Counted from the stretch's first letter, positions 1-13,733 are shown. The stretch is 44,154 nt of DNA from Blastocystis sp. subtype 4 (GCF_000743755.1 NW_014569490.1:1-44154); one strand, 5' to 3'. A program made the numbers and translations. Notes: generated by a model not told the origin, from the sequence alone.

Positions 1-183
1 ATGAACGAGCCTTAGCAGAAGACCCAAACAATCGAGAGGTGAAAACACTCTTTGAGTTAGCTGTAAAGGCATTCAGAGATAGTTGTTGAAGTGTTTGTTT
101 AAGGAGATTGGGATATGATAATAGGTTTCTTATTCTTTATCAAGATTTTTTCTGGAATTTTCTTCAAAGAGATAACTCATAAA

Positions 184-3100
184 ATGTCTCAGCAGGAAGA
201 AATAATACAATCAGAAGTTGGAAAGGGGATTGGTAAGATCAAGTTAGCTCTGTGATCAGTAGAAAAGGAATCAAAGCCTTCATCCATGTCGAAGATTAAG
301 GAATTCAAGGAATTCAAGCCAAAAATGAATGCCAATGCTTCTGAATTTTCTCCTGCTAAGAAGGTTCAAAACATACGAAAGGGAGGAAATGCCACAAAGC
401 GGACGATTCCTCCATCTCCCGCTGTAGTTGTACAGCAGTCAGAAGTCGAGACAAAGACAAACAAAGCAGAGAAGGGATCAGCAAAGGCAGCAACGCAACG
501 AAATCGAAAACGTCTTGCGAAGTTACCGCAGTCGTCGGGGAAAGATCAGGATAGGAATGAGAAAGCAACGAAAAATTCGATTTCTAAGCAGAGTAAACCG
601 CGTCAAAAGAATCCTAATACAAATCTTCAATCACCAGAATTGAGACCTCCAACCGTTGCTTATCCTTCTCCTGATCATTCTCATTCTATTCAAGGTGGTA
701 AAAGGGGACGTGGAAGTTATCGTTTCCGGAGAAGAAAGGAAAGTGATGCTATTTCTGTGGCTTCCACTGCTTCCACGGTATCAACACTCTCCACTTCGGA
801 TTTGCCTTTACGAGACCGTCTAGAACGGGACTTAGTAAGACAGAAATATCGCTGTGCAATTTGCATGGATTTTGTAGGGAAGAAGAATAAGATTTGGTCA
901 TGTCCCGATTGTTACGTTGTCCTCCACATGAACTGCATGAAGGAATGGATGTTCAATAACTTAGATGCAGCAACAAAGGAAATGCTTCCCAAACAAGCTC
1001 GAGATGTAACAAGTGCGTGTTGGTTGTCACTGTCATGTGTAGAGTTCCTAGGGTATCTTCATACTCACGATGTGTTTCATGTCCTGACGCGCTGTCCCCA
1101 GTGTCGAGCTGAGCTACAGGTCCCAACTATCCTTTCGGGTTGTTTCTGTGGAAATGGTGTGATCAACCCCAAAGAGGCTGAAATGCAAACTATACCTCAT
1201 TCCTGTGGCAAGATCTGTGGACGATCAAGGGGTGAATTTTGCACGCATCCTTGTAGTGATATCTGTCATCCTGGTCCCTGTCATCCTTGTAGTGCTACTG
1301 TTCAACTGTCATGTCGCTGTGGAAAGACTCAGTTGAATTTTGGATTTGGAATAATAGATAGACAAATGGTACGATGTGGAACCGATCCATCGACAGTGCA
1401 GTGTGAAAATGTGTGTGGGAAGTTATTGGACTGTAAAGAGCACACCTGCTCGCTAGTGTGTCATGCAGGTCCTTGTCCTTCCTGTGAGATCCCTGTGGAA
1501 TGCAGTTGCTATTGTGGAGCTCAACATTCGGTGATTCCTTGCGGTCAGACTAAGATGGCTATGCGAAGTCGCAATCCACCTGTAGAGTCGGTGAAAGCTC
1601 CTTCTGCTGCCGACCCTTCTGTCTATAATGAGGATGTTTTAGGTGATTTGAGCGGATTGAGCGACTTAAGTGATGATGAACCTGTGGAGACTACTTCCTT
1701 TAAGATGCTCTCCTACCGTGAGGCAGGTGTGGGTGGATTCAGCTGTGGTGGTGTCTGTGGCCGTCTGCTTTCGTGTGGGCGACATCGGTGCGAGCGAATT
1801 TGTCATCCTCTTGACTGTGGTTCATGTCCATATCAAGTCACAGATGTGAGAATAAGTGTGTGTTATCATGAATAGACGAGTATGTGTCCGTGTGGAAAGC
1901 ATCTGACAAAAGAATTAAATCCGAATTGGACTTCATGTGCGGATCCCTATCCTACTTGTGGTGAAGTGTGCGGAAAGGTGTTGCCTTGTGGTCATACATG
2001 TCCTTTACCTTGTCATACGGGTCCTTGTCCTCCTTGTTCTGCTATGGTAACCCAGAAGTGCCGCTGTACCTTCTCAGAGCGTCAAGTGCCCTGTTGGGTT
2101 CTATCGAAAGGGTAGGTGAAATGAGAAAGACTCATGAATAGACCGGGTCCTGCCGATTTAACAGAAGAGGAGATTGCAAAGCGACGTGAGCCTTTCATCT
2201 GTACGAGACCCTGTAAGACTGATATGAATTGTGGCCGACATAAGTGTATGGAACTGTGTTGTCCGCATAAGGGCCAGAAGTCTGATGGCACGTTCCATGT
2301 ATGTACTCAGACATGTGATAAGCTGTTGAACTGTGGAAAGCATCATTGCTATCTTCCTTGCCATCCTGGTCCCTGCGTCCCATGTCAGCATATCTTGTCG
2401 ACACCAATCACATGCGCTTGTGGAAAGACAGTCATCAAGCCTCCTGTGGTGTGTGGGACGCCTCCACCGGTTTGTAATCTGCCTTGTTCTAAACGCTGTC
2501 CACGAGGTCATTTGAATCCTAACCATGCTTGTCACTTTGGTCCTTGTCCTCCTTGTCCGCAGTTGACGGAACGTATGTGTGAGGGAGGTCATGGAATTGT
2601 GAAGGGTGTTCCTTGCTATCGAGAGAAGGTATTCTGTAACCGTGTGTGTGGTAAGATGCTTCCATGTGGACATACTTGTCAACGTACTTGTCATGATGGA
2701 CCTTGTGTTACTGAAGAACAAATCCTTCATGGATGCGGTCAGCCTTGTGGTAAGAAGCGAGAATTCTGTGAGCATACCTGTCAGGCTCCTTGTCATCCTG
2801 GTAAGCCGTGTCCCTCCGTTCCTTGCATGTTCGATGTGGTGGTACATTGTCCTTGTGGTCGACGTAGCGAGACTCAAAAGTGTCTCATTGGTGTCAGTGG
2901 GGATCCTAATGTGTTGCAGGACTTGTCTCAACGTACTCTTGAATGTGACAGCGAGTGTCGAATAATCCAACGCAACCGCAAGCTTGCAGAAGCCCTGAAT
3001 GTGGGTCCTGCCTCCCTCAATCTTCCAGAATCAGTATTGTTGGTAATAGGTCCTGATCTCTAGGAAACGATGCGTGCGTATGAGGCTGAGCTCCAGAATT

Positions 3101-3831
3101 GTCCCTATGCCAAATCTACGCTGTACTGTGCAAGCATGAATCCGGAGATGGTGACGTGGCTGCAGACGGCTTGCGAGGCAATCTCCAGTTCATCAAAGCC
3201 ACAGCCGATTCAAATTCCTCAGCAGTATGCTTGCTTCCATGTTGCAATTGCCGATGTGGCAAAGGAGTATGGTATAACAGTGGAAAAGCGAGGTAGTTAC
3301 TGCCTTATTCCAGGAGAAGTGAGTAAGAGACCTACACTGTATCTCAAGGAAGCACTAATGCGGTTCCAGTCCCTTGTGGAAGGCAAGCGTTTGCATGCAG
3401 CCCGTAGGAGTAAACGAATAGATTAATCGATAGAACCCCTGCCGAAATATGCTACGGAACGTGACTTCTGTTCTCTGTTCATTCACAATCGGCGAGGTCA
3501 GTGTATAACTGATCGTGGTCTGTTGGAATATCTGACTCCTTATCTACCTGCTGACCAATACAAGATTCGGTCATGGCTACGTCCAGATGGACTTCTAATT
3601 CTGTTGAAGACGGAGGAGATGGCTCGTCGGGTGAAGATGGATCTGGAGATGAGAGATCCCGAATTTGATGTGGATTTCTGGGCTGTTCGTGAGGATAGTG
3701 CAGAGATGAAAACTGCAGAGACGGAATCAAATAAAGAATCGTCAGAGCCAAAGAAGTCAGAGAACAAGATAAGGATGGAGGAAGAGAAGTTGGAGAATGA
3801 TAATTCGTTTGCTCTCCTAGAAGAGGACTGA
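184..3831 (+). CDS. NFX1: NF-X1-type zinc finger protein (RING/PHD plus many NF-X1 Cys/His repeats)
   Basis: CAICMDFV...WSCPDCYVVLHMNCMKEW, then repeated CGK.L.CG.H.C...CH.GPC..C units. The ORF pieces join in frame through seven 30-nt GT-AG introns (233-262, 1013-1042, 1332-1361, 1846-1875, 2112-2141, 3034-3063, 3404-3433). TGA at 3829-3831, TGTTTGTT at 3851. Confidence 0.9.
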
Positions 3832-3850
3832 TAATTGTACCATGGCTCTT

Positions 3851-3858
3851 TGTTTGTT
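3851..3858 (+). terminator. TGTTTGTT polyadenylation element of NFX1
   Basis: Exact Blastocystis GU-rich motif 20 nt after the stop codon. Confidence 0.8.
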
Positions 3859-3895
3859 TAGATACTCTTTGATTGTACACTTTTTGGGTCAATCA

Positions 3896-6133
3896 ATGGG
3901 CAATATTGTTGATTATGATGACAGAGTATGTTTATTGAAATCTGATAACGTTTTAGGGTACCGTGATAGCAACTTCCACAAATCGAAAGACTGAAAGCTC
4001 TAATGATAAATTATGTATTGAAGATTCTGTAGATACGTTAAGTTCTTCTTTGTGGGTGATGCAACATCAATTGTATATGAATGCATCAATTCGGGATTAT
4101 GCATTTCAAACAATTTCAATGGGTATTTCTTCCTCCTCATATCTTGCGAGAGTAGGTTATTTCCTCAATTATTAACGACAGTCGTATTCAAGTGTTATAT
4201 TGAGTTATATTTTGGATATACTGAAGACTCAGAAAGATATAGAGGAAGGTGTTGTGACAATCCTAGATATTGGTGCAGGATCGGGTCGATTAGGTTATCT
4301 AATAATTAAACGACTTTTAGAAATGAAGTCTATGTGGCCAGATCCAACACATTGCCCTTTCAAGTGGATGTTAGAAATGTCTGTGAATAATAGATATATC
4401 ATGACAGACTGCTCTCCCAAACTAATCACCTGGTGGAAGAAGAATCCGTTTTTACAACCATTTCTTAAGGAAGGATTACTAGAGGTTATTGCCTTTGATA
4501 TTGAAAAGGACTCAAAAGTTGATGTTTCAGAAGGTTGATAGATAGATTCTATCTATTGATTCGCTTTCGTATCCTCCGATTGTCATTCTAAATAGTGTTT
4601 TGAGTTGTCTCAAACAAGATGTTGTTCGAGTTTCGTCACCAGATGTCTATACATCATCTCTCAGTCTTTTTTCATCACAACGGGAATACAACATTTCCAG
4701 TCCTAGAATTCTTCCTCGTATTTCGTATATTCGAATCACTGCTTTTATTGTAGACTAAAATGGAAATTCGCATCCCGTTATAATAATGAGCTTTCTCAGC
4801 GATGGTCTGAAGAGGTGGTGGATCTGATTACTCAGATAGGTGAATCTTATTCTGTTCATTCTGTACTCTAATGTAATTATTAGACGCTAGTCACAACAGT
4901 TCCAGTGGAAGGCTTCAAACTTCTGAATTTGTGTCTTGGTCTTACAGATGGGCGTGGTTTGATGCTAGTAGCAGATGAGGGTCCAATGATGCCAGACGAG
5001 GTCTGTGTTGACCGGGATCCAGTGCCAACTGTTTCAGGAGATATCCGTCTACCTGTTGCCTTTGAGTTACTGAAGCTTCATGTCAAATCTCGGAAAGGAT
5101 TTTGGGAGAGTGCCAGTCTACATGAGGACTATCGTGTATGCTTATTGGGTTACGGGTTCCAACCGATGTCGTTGCCTCGAACACGTCTGTCTTTCAAGCA
5201 GTGTGTGGAGGGGATGTCACCAGACTGTATTCACACACTACAAGAGTCATTACTCCATGAGCCAAATCCATCCATACAAGTCCTGTTATTGATGCTGCGT
5301 CTGGCACAGGGAGATCAAGATACGGTGATGGCTATGCACAGAGGATTGAACCGAGAGACATGGAGTGAGGTTCGTAAAGAGGATTTATCGATTCAGTTGA
5401 CGCAAGTAAGACTGAGAGAAGGATTTTACATCTAGTTAGAGACACAAGTATTTCCCTTATATGCAGGTCGAGATCCCTGTTTTGATCTGGCTCGTTTTCA
5501 TATGGCTTTGGGTCACTACAAGGAGGCTTCTACCTTGTTCCTTCGCTCTAGCTCGTTGATTGGGGAACATCATATTTCATGGTTCAATCGAGGAGTTTGT
5601 GAAATGCGTCTTCGTCATATAGCTGAAGCCAAATATTGTTTCTATCGTGTAGGAATGAGAAAGCAAGGTGATTTCTAGACATTGGAGTTAGATAACAGTT
5701 TTGAGGATGCTCGTTTCCTCTTACAAGAGGTAAGTAGGAAGGAGCTATAATTACAAATAGTTGGATGCTCTCGAGACAGAAGCAGAAGAAGAAATAGTGA
5801 AGGATAATTTCCTGGTAACATTGAATGGTCGAGCAGTTCCTTCCACACGAGTACCAGAAGTGAGTCCTATGGAATCACACGAGTCAAAACAACCTGTTCG
5901 TCAGTCAGACACTTCTATGAAGCCATCAATTGCTTCTCTGTTGGATATACTTGATGATGTACAGTTTTCGGACGATGAAGAGGCCAAAGAGGATGAATAT
6001 ATGGTGGTTCCTATGTATGAATCGGAAATGAGTGTAGAGTTACCTATTGCTCCAAGCAAAGACGAAGTTGAGTGGAAAGTTGATGGCGAATATACAAACG
6101 GTAATATATCTGATGGTGAATTGGTTAATGATT
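3896..6133 (+). CDS. SAM-dependent methyltransferase (MidA/NDUFAF7-like) with C-terminal TPR repeats; stop codon predicted to be made by polyadenylation
   Basis: ATG 3896, intron 3926-3956. Motif I ILDIGAGSGRLGY, then YIMTD. TPR-like FDLARFHMALGHYKEASTLF...WFNRGVCEM near 5480-5640. TGTTTGTT at 6138 lies 4 nt after an in-frame T6133. Confidence 0.65.
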
Positions 6134-6203
6134 CATATGTTTGTTAGTGTGTAATGGATCTTAGCGTTGTGAAGTACGATAACAAAAAGAGATGTAGAAG
6201 ACA

Positions 6204-7822
6204 CTAAATGAATTGTTCTGAGTTAAACTGCCGATGATCCCATAGATTTGCCAGTGTAGTAATCCGCTCGCGATCAATTGGTTGTTGTACCATTTGCATC
6301 GGATCAAGAAGAATATTGTATTTGGTTTCATGGATCCATATCGCTCCATATACATTCTCACAGGCATCTCCCCTTCCTGATGTTACAAGTCGCTTGTATC
6401 CATGATGCTTCATCCACTGTTCAATTTCAGCTGTCGATAGAACCTCTCCTGTCATTGCCACAGCCTGTTTCATCACTTCATCTCTACTCATTACTCTTCA
6501 AATCCAATCTCACAAAGAGACAGGCTGTGACAACAATCCTTTTGTTTCCAAAATGGGTAACACTTCATTCACATCACCTATCGAATAGGAAGGAGGCTGC
6601 AACAACGCATCGATATCAACAGATCGTAAGGGTCGTTGGCTGTGATACATATCTTGTATCCTAGGGAATGAATGATGCTTCGTGACATAACTCCTTCTAG
6701 AATTCATTCCACTTTCTTCTCCTACACAACGCCTGTTCGCTGATTATATGAAATCTCGGAGTCTTGAAGCCTTTGTTCCGAATCTGTCCAATCTGTCGTC
6801 AGAATACGACACATTGACACCCAATATGGTTCTGAAGGAATCTCTTTCTGTTGCTTGTGGAGGAGAAAAGCTTGTGCTGAAGGAGAGAGAAGGGAGAGAG
6901 CAGTGTCTTGAGGTGAAGGAATCATAGGAGGACAGGAGTCACGTTGAATGGAAAACAGAGATCGAGTGAATGGGGCTCCCAGAATTTGGGATGATGATGA
7001 ATGTGTGGATCGCACAGCTATCAGTATTGTGAAGGATGCTTGAACTCATGTGAAGAGGATATGATAAAGACTGTCATTTGTTGATGTACACTGGATACAA
7101 CGAACATCTTGGATGGATCCTTCATATCTCCAACGCAATTCGAACACATTCGGATTCCGAATGTCAATGACCTCAAGAACTCCATTTCGTACAACAATAA
7201 AATGGTAAACATCGCCCTCTATCCTTCGAAGGAATGAACACTTCTCTTGTCGGTCTCCTATTCGATTTGCCATATTAGTACGAAAATCACAGCAAAACAA
7301 GCCTAATGGGTGCGAACTATAATAGACGAGCGGATGGTTCGAATATTGTGTTGATATGGATGATGGATTGAACACCTTTTCTAGGGGATACAGAACCGAA
7401 CTTACAGATTCTTTCTGGTCAATACTGATAATGGAACAATTCTTTAAGGAGGAAGTAACGAATTCTTGACCATAAGGAGATGGAGTAATATCATCACATG
7501 AACAGTCCAAACGAATTGATCCTAGTTCAACTACTGGCTGCGATAGATCTTCCTACAATCATCATACTCTTTTGAAAGATACTGTTGAAATCATAGAAAC
7601 ATCTAGACCATTGGATGCAAGCAATATCGATGAATTTTCAAACGAATGGAGGATCCTAGGCCGAAATCGTAGATTATGGATCCGAACATTTGAAAAATCA
7701 CCTTTTTCAAATTCAGTATAGAATTCCAGTTGATAGGGACGATCTGGAGTGTTTGCTACGAGAATCGACGAGTCGGCATCATAAATGGACTCAAGAAGCG
7801 TAACTCCAGTTGTCAGATCCAT
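6204..7822 (-). CDS. Hypothetical multi-exon protein with beta-propeller/WD40-like N-terminal region
   Basis: Consecutive minus-strand ORF pieces separated by ~30-nt GT-AG gaps. ATG 7822 (MDLTTGV) lies just downstream of the preceding gene's polyA motif. WD-like LFCCDFR and LEVIDIRNP segments. Confidence 0.55.
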
Positions 7823-7902
7823 AAACCAAACACTATGTTGAGGATTGGAGATAGAGCGAAATGCTTGATGAACAAACAAATGAAAACTCACGATAGCACA
7901 CA

Positions 7903-10111
7903 CTAGTATCGATAGAGATTCACATTAATATCTATAGATCATCAAAGAAAACGATTGCAACTCTTCGGAAGACAGAGTAATTGTCGACTATCATCAGAAT
8001 GATTCCTTCTCAACTCATAAAGGAAACGACGATACAAATTGAGCATCTCCACATTTCGTATTTTGAATCCTTTATTGTACTCCTTAGCATATCCCGATCT
8101 ACAAATAATCTTGCTCCATTGAGATTACAGAGAATGAGGAATATCAACAGCATACGCTTGAGAGAGGACACTGAATTCATATCCAAAATAGCGTAGATTT
8201 TCAATCCATTGAACTTTGTTAAATCCATAATTGATAAAGCGTTCATCAAACAGAGGAAGGAAGGCTGTGCGTCTGACCATCACATATGGTTCTAGGAAAC
8301 GTTCTCTGAAACAAGATAAGTAAGTGACTTGCTTTGATGGAGGAAGAGTATTCCAGTTCTTTGGAAGATAGTTCTATCAATTAGTGATCAGAAGGATGTA
8401 TACGTGAGTGAGTGAAAGAGGCCGGAAGATAGTACATCCCCTCTTCTGTATGCATGCAACTAGAGAAGCCTTAGTCTCTGGAATGTATTTCACAGCAATA
8501 GGAACACATTCTTTTAATGATTTACAATGAGAACTGGAAAGAATGGTAGGAGGAAGCGAGAAAGCAGGAATAATAGTAACAGCATATGGATTCTGCAGAT
8601 ATTTAACAGGGAGATTTCGTAGTGTTTCATAAGTATGTTCTACGAATAAAGCATTATCTTAAATCTAACGTGCAGGCCACATATCCATATCAAATACAAC
8701 AAAATGAGAAGTAAGAGAGTTTTGAATAGCAATATTCCGAAGACGATTCAATGGATAGATTGAAGCCTCCACACACTTCAAGTTACTGGCTGCTCTTCGA
8801 TATACACATTCCTTCTTACCAGGATAATGTGTGATATACAAAGCCAATCGCAATCGATTCGGAAAATCACTCTCTCGAATGAACTGCTCTACTTCAGCCT
8901 GATCTTCCACACTGACCATGATAGTGATTGACATGGGTCTACAGTTCATTTTATCCCACTTTCCAACCCTTTCCAGCGCTTCAACAGATACGAAAAGAAG
9001 AAAAGTCGTTCCTTGCTGGATGTGAGAACGAGAAATGAAACTTACGTAGTTTGCGAAATAACAGTGAAATCAAATTCAGTAGTTTCAGGAATCGTAGTTC
9101 GATTCCGAGGCGTCGTATCGATATGAGAACCTTCATAGTACTTAATGCGATGATACTGTTGGAAGTACCATTCTCCTTTGCGGGCTTGTTTATGACTATT
9201 TCGTGTGTTGATATAGATATCATTATAATAGCTGCGTTCTGCACTTGCTCGATGTCGACGTGAATACGCGACGGAAGTGTGAGAAGAGATGGAAACTTCA
9301 TTATGTTCTTGTTTCTTATGAAGATACTCTTGGTTCTCTTCTATCGCACCGGATGAAACAGAAGGAACGATAGGTGAAGGTGAGGTTGGGAAAATAGAAG
9401 TTGATGAAGGCGAAGTGAGAGATGGAGAAGCAGTATCAGAAGGAGAAGAAAAGGTAGGAATGACAATAGTATCGGAGGAAGGAGAAACAGAACCAAATAA
9501 TCCTTCATGCGACAATATACTGGAAGAAGACGTGGTAGAAACGGATGAAGTGGGCGAATGCGTTGGAATGGAAACTACACTGGAAGAAGAATTGAATATT
9601 GCTTTATTGGATGTTTGACCACGAATAGTCGAGTTTCCTAAAGGCGTTGCCTCGGAAACTGTTTCATTGTTTCTGGAGACACGCTCATTACTAGCAAACT
9701 CCTTTTCGTCTCTAGAAATCTCTTTCTGAACAAATAAACTTCCCCTCGCTATAGAAAATGGAGTGGGACTCCGAGTAGGATCATTTCCTTCTAAATGAAA
9801 AGATCTATCACTGAAAGACAACAAGAGTAACTACTGCACCGGTTTGGACACAAATGGTTGTTCTTTGGTCGAAAGCGAAATCGACGAATCGCCAATAACT
9901 ACTTTCTTTCTGTTAACATACTCTATATTCTTTGGTAACCGAATTACAAAAAAAAGAATATCATCCTTAACAACACCTATACATAATCAGAAACATCTAA
10001 AATTGTTCTACTATCCTGTTCAACCATGAATTTTACTAGTACAAATATGTAAGCAACTACCATCACCATTAACAAGATAGCCTTGTTAATACAACCGAAA
10101 GATGAGTTCAT
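7903..10111 (-). CDS. Type II membrane glycosyltransferase, GT49 (LARGE/B4GAT1-like), with Ser/Thr/Pro-rich stem
   Basis: N-terminal TM segment (AILLMVMVVAYIFVLV). YPLNRLRNIAIQNSLTSHFVVFDMDMWP (DxD motif) and EPYVMV...PLFDERFINYGFNKVQWI. TAG at 7903-7905, TGTTTGTT on the minus strand at 7871-7878. Confidence 0.8.
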
Positions 10112-10329
10112 TTGATATCAAAGAGTCAATCAATGATATCACCAACAGATTAGAGTAATCAATGAACAATGAACACTTCTTTTGGCTTCTAGTTTTCTTG
10201 AATTTCTCATTGTGTTGTTTCAATCACTTCTATACACAAAGAGAACTGATGTTATAGGAATCACGGGAATCCGAGTATTTGTTTTTTCACCGCAAATAAC
10301 TTTTAGTATCTCTTGGTGACTTATTGAAT

Positions 10330-11364
10330 ATGGAACCTCAATTCCAAGAACAGTTCTGGGGATGCACTGTATGCTCTTGCCTGCTCTTTCGTGATCTAGG
10401 TTTCTGCTAATGGAAACACCACGGAAAATCTCGAATTATCTGAGTTGCATGTTTCAAATGTTGGAACAAGGGTTAAGATGGTGATTGATTAGATTGCTCT
10501 TCAGAACCTCAAGGTGAAGAATCCTGTCGTTGTGAAGGTCACTGTTGGTGAGGACACGTATACTGTATGTACTCTGTCCAAGGGTATATCCTTCTTTTGT
10601 TGCTGATAGGTAGACATGCCTCAGTATTCTGTGGAACTTGTTTTCTTCCCTTGTGATGAGAATGTCACATTTGCTGTCCAGGGGGAATCTGCTGTAGATC
10701 TGACTGGTATTGTCATTTCTGCTCTTGAAGAGGATGAAGAAGGTGAGGAAGGCGAAGAAGATGAGGAAGGCGAAGAGGAAGAGAGCGAGGAACAAGAAGA
10801 GGAGAAGGAGGAAATGAGTGAGGAGGAGGAAGAGGAACAAGAAGAAGAGGAGGAAGAGAGCGAGGAAGAGGAACAGAAGAAGCCCACTAAGAAATCTGGT
10901 AAGACTATGAACATCTTCTCATCCTTAGAGAAGCGCAGTGCTGCAGAGGCCCAGCCTGAATCGAAAAAGGCAAAAAAGGAAGAGTCAACTGAAGGCCAGA
11001 TCAAGAAGATCGGAGAATACATCACCTACAAGGATGTAAAGATTGGAGAGGGACGTTCTCCAAAGAAGGGATCGAAATGTACTGTGAAGTATGTGGGTAC
11101 TCTTCCCAACAAGAAGGTGTTTGATCAATCTGGTAAGAAGCCTTTTACGTTCAAAATTGGTGTGGGCGAGGTTATTAAGGGATGGGATCAGGGAATCATG
11201 TGTATGAGGTATGTAAGGTCATTTATTATATAGCTATGAAAGAAGGAGGCCGAAGAAAGCTCGTGATTTATCCTGAAGCTGGATATGGTAAGGCTGGAGC
11301 TCCTCCAACTATTCCTCCCAACAGTAAGCTTGTCTTTGATGTCGAACTTCTGAAGGTCCAATAA
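10330..11364 (+). CDS. Nucleolar FKBP-type PPIase/histone chaperone (nucleoplasmin-like domain, acidic tract, FKBP domain; Fpr3/FKBP53-like)
   Basis: N-terminal QFWGC...LHVSN, poly-Glu tract, then VKYVGTL...FD...[18 protein letters not shown]...[14 protein letters not shown]. Confidence 0.9.
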
Positions 11365-11414
11365 GATATTTTTGTTCCAAACAAGCAAAATGAATAAACA
11401 TTACAATAGTCTTC

Positions 11415-11804
11415 TTACTTGGCTCTAGGATTTTTCGAAATGCACGCTGTCATCTCATCAATCGACATGGGTGAACCCGTACATCCACATCCATCCAAAC
11501 AGAACTCAGCCTTGATCGCGTTCACTACCGTCTTAATTTCAATAGAATCAAGTCCAAGATCGCTTCCAAAGTGGGTTACAGGAGTAACCTAGTGTATTAC
11601 TCTCTTCTCAGCAAAACGAACCTTGCTCGCATCTACGAAGTCAAATTTTTTGACTACATTCATAATCCGCTCAGACACTTCGCTTCGATCCAGACAAGAC
11701 TTCAAATTAAACGCAGTCAACAAATCTACCTTCACGTTGGTCATGCTGCGAACAAACAGCGGTTTACTGAGGCAAAGGGCACGATGGGCAAGAAGAGAAG
11801 ACAT
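11415..11804 (-). CDS. Mitochondrial-type acyl carrier protein with targeting presequence
   Basis: Basic/hydroxylated N-terminus, LDRSEVSERIMNVVKKF, then after one intron HFGSDLGLDSIE (phosphopantetheine Ser). Confidence 0.8.
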
Positions 11805-12164
11805 TCACTATCAAATAAACCGAAATAGAGGAGATTGAAAGGGAGAACATAATGGGCGTTTCAATCGAAAGAAACTTCCACTCCCAAGAAATGGAGGATT
11901 TCGTGGAATGAACAACTCAGATGACATAGAGATGACAGGGAACGATCACTGGAAAAGTATTGTGGAAAGCTGTAAGGAGTATGATAAAGCAGGGGACCAA
12001 CTAGAGTCAGTCAATTGGAGTTGAATGAACCGTATTTGTTGGTGATTCATCTCCTCGATGAGTCTAAAAAGCACATTACGTTACAATAAGAATAGATTGG
12101 ATGAACAACATTTCGTGCGCAGAGCGTCATTACGAACGAACGACATGAGAATCGTAAACGATTA

Positions 12165-13589
12165 ATGATGAAACTATTTTATGTACTTTTTCTTCTTGTA
12201 AGGTAGCTTCTGTAGCGTTGTGAGATAATTCCAAGTGTTCTAGCATCGGAGGAGGATTATTCTTTGGAAAAGAAGATGTACAAATACTGTGGTGTTGAAC
12301 TGTCTTACGCCAATTTTAAAGAGTATATCGAGTCCCATGGTCAGTTTCTTCTCTGTATCTCATTTTAGAGCAGGTGCTTGTTGAATTCTATTCAGAAACA
12401 TGTCCTGCATGCAAACGAATGGAACCAGTGTGGAATCGTCTTTCTTGTGAAGCTAAGAAGGCTTTCCCGGAATTGGTCTTTGCTAAAGTGAGTGATTGAT
12501 AGAGTTGATGAGATAAAGATTGAAGGAAATCACAACCTTGATGTTGTTCAAGCTTACCAAATCACTCATACTCCTACAATTGCCTTCTTTAAGAAGGATA
12601 TTCGTACTCCTACTCGTTTCTCTGGAGGGAAGTATTACGAGGCTCTGAAGTATTTCATTCGTGTAAGTGTTGGATGTTGTTCTCAATGAAAGGATATGCG
12701 TGGTGAAGAGAATCCTGGTTCACCTGCTATGCAGTTGAAGGATCTGGATCAGGCGTGGATGGTACGGAATATCGGATGAAATATGATTATAGTTCACTTT
12801 CTGGAGAGGAGCACCGGATCAGAGTATTCTTCCAAACATTAGTGGTTTCTTCGAAACAGTAAGCTTTGAGAGACGGAATGAGGAATAGACGGATAGTGAA
12901 GAGTATCGTGCATACACAGAGGCTGTGATCTCGATGGGAGATAGCATTCGTCTTGCAGAGTGTTTCAATATGACAGTACGTGATGCCTATGATCTGCCGA
13001 AGCAACCTGCTGTACTGGTAATGTTCCGCGACTTCGATGAGAGTAGTGGTTGGGATGTAAATTGAGTGTAGAAGAGTCAGTTTTTGAGGGTGAGTGGACA
13101 AAAGAAGCTATCATTGAATGGGCCCAGACATACAGTCAGAAGACAATTGGTCGTGCTGATGCCGATACCATTAAGAATTATTTCCGTGGAGATGGTATCA
13201 TGGTACAGTTATTTGTGAACGAGACCTATGTAATGAAAGAGTGGTACGATTTTCAGGACTATTTGTGGGAGCGTGTGGCTATGCCAGTGATCCAAAATAA
13301 AGTGATGAAGCGAAATACATTCTCCATTGTGGCTTCAGATGGAGTAAAGTATGCACACTGGATTAGGAATGCTGGTCTGGAAACTGATTCATTGCCTGCT
13401 TGTTTCCTTATTGACTTTGTAGATGAGAGGAGTTGGAATGATACGTAGAAATCGGGTGTGAAGTATGCTATTCGGTCCCAACCAACAATGGAGACACTGG
13501 ACAGTGATTTGTATCAGTTCATTAATGAATATTCTCTGGGACTGTTGCCTCCTCTAGTTGCCAAGAATACTGATGAAGAGGAGTTGTAA
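12165..13589 (+). CDS. Protein disulfide-isomerase/thioredoxin-family ER protein
   Basis: Signal-peptide-like start, VEFYSETCPACKRMEPVW (CxxC), C-terminal DEEEL ER-retention-like signal, TGTTTGTT at 13604-13611. Confidence 0.8.
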
Positions 13590-13660
13590 AACGGGGATTC
13601 TCATGTTTGTTGAATTCGCATGGAACTTTTATTTACTTCCACAAAGATGTTTGTAACAGG

Positions 13661-13733
13661 TCCGAAGTAGTATAGTGGTTAAGTATTTCCGCCTGTCACG
13701 CGGACGACCGGGGTTCGATTCCCCGCTTCGGAG
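13661..13733 (+). tRNA. tRNA-Asp(GTC)
   Basis: Acceptor stem TCCGAAG/CTTCGGA, anticodon arm TCCGC-CTGTCAC-GCGGA, T loop GTTCGAT, downstream T-run. Confidence 0.97.

Noticed and set aside
2158..2970. 270-aa antisense ORF over NFX1
   Set aside because: Shadow of biased Cys/His/Pro codons; no motifs or own polyA element.
286..3831. Stop-codon readthrough or alternative genetic code to explain fragmented ORFs
   Set aside because: Every break is explained by a 30-nt GT-AG intron.
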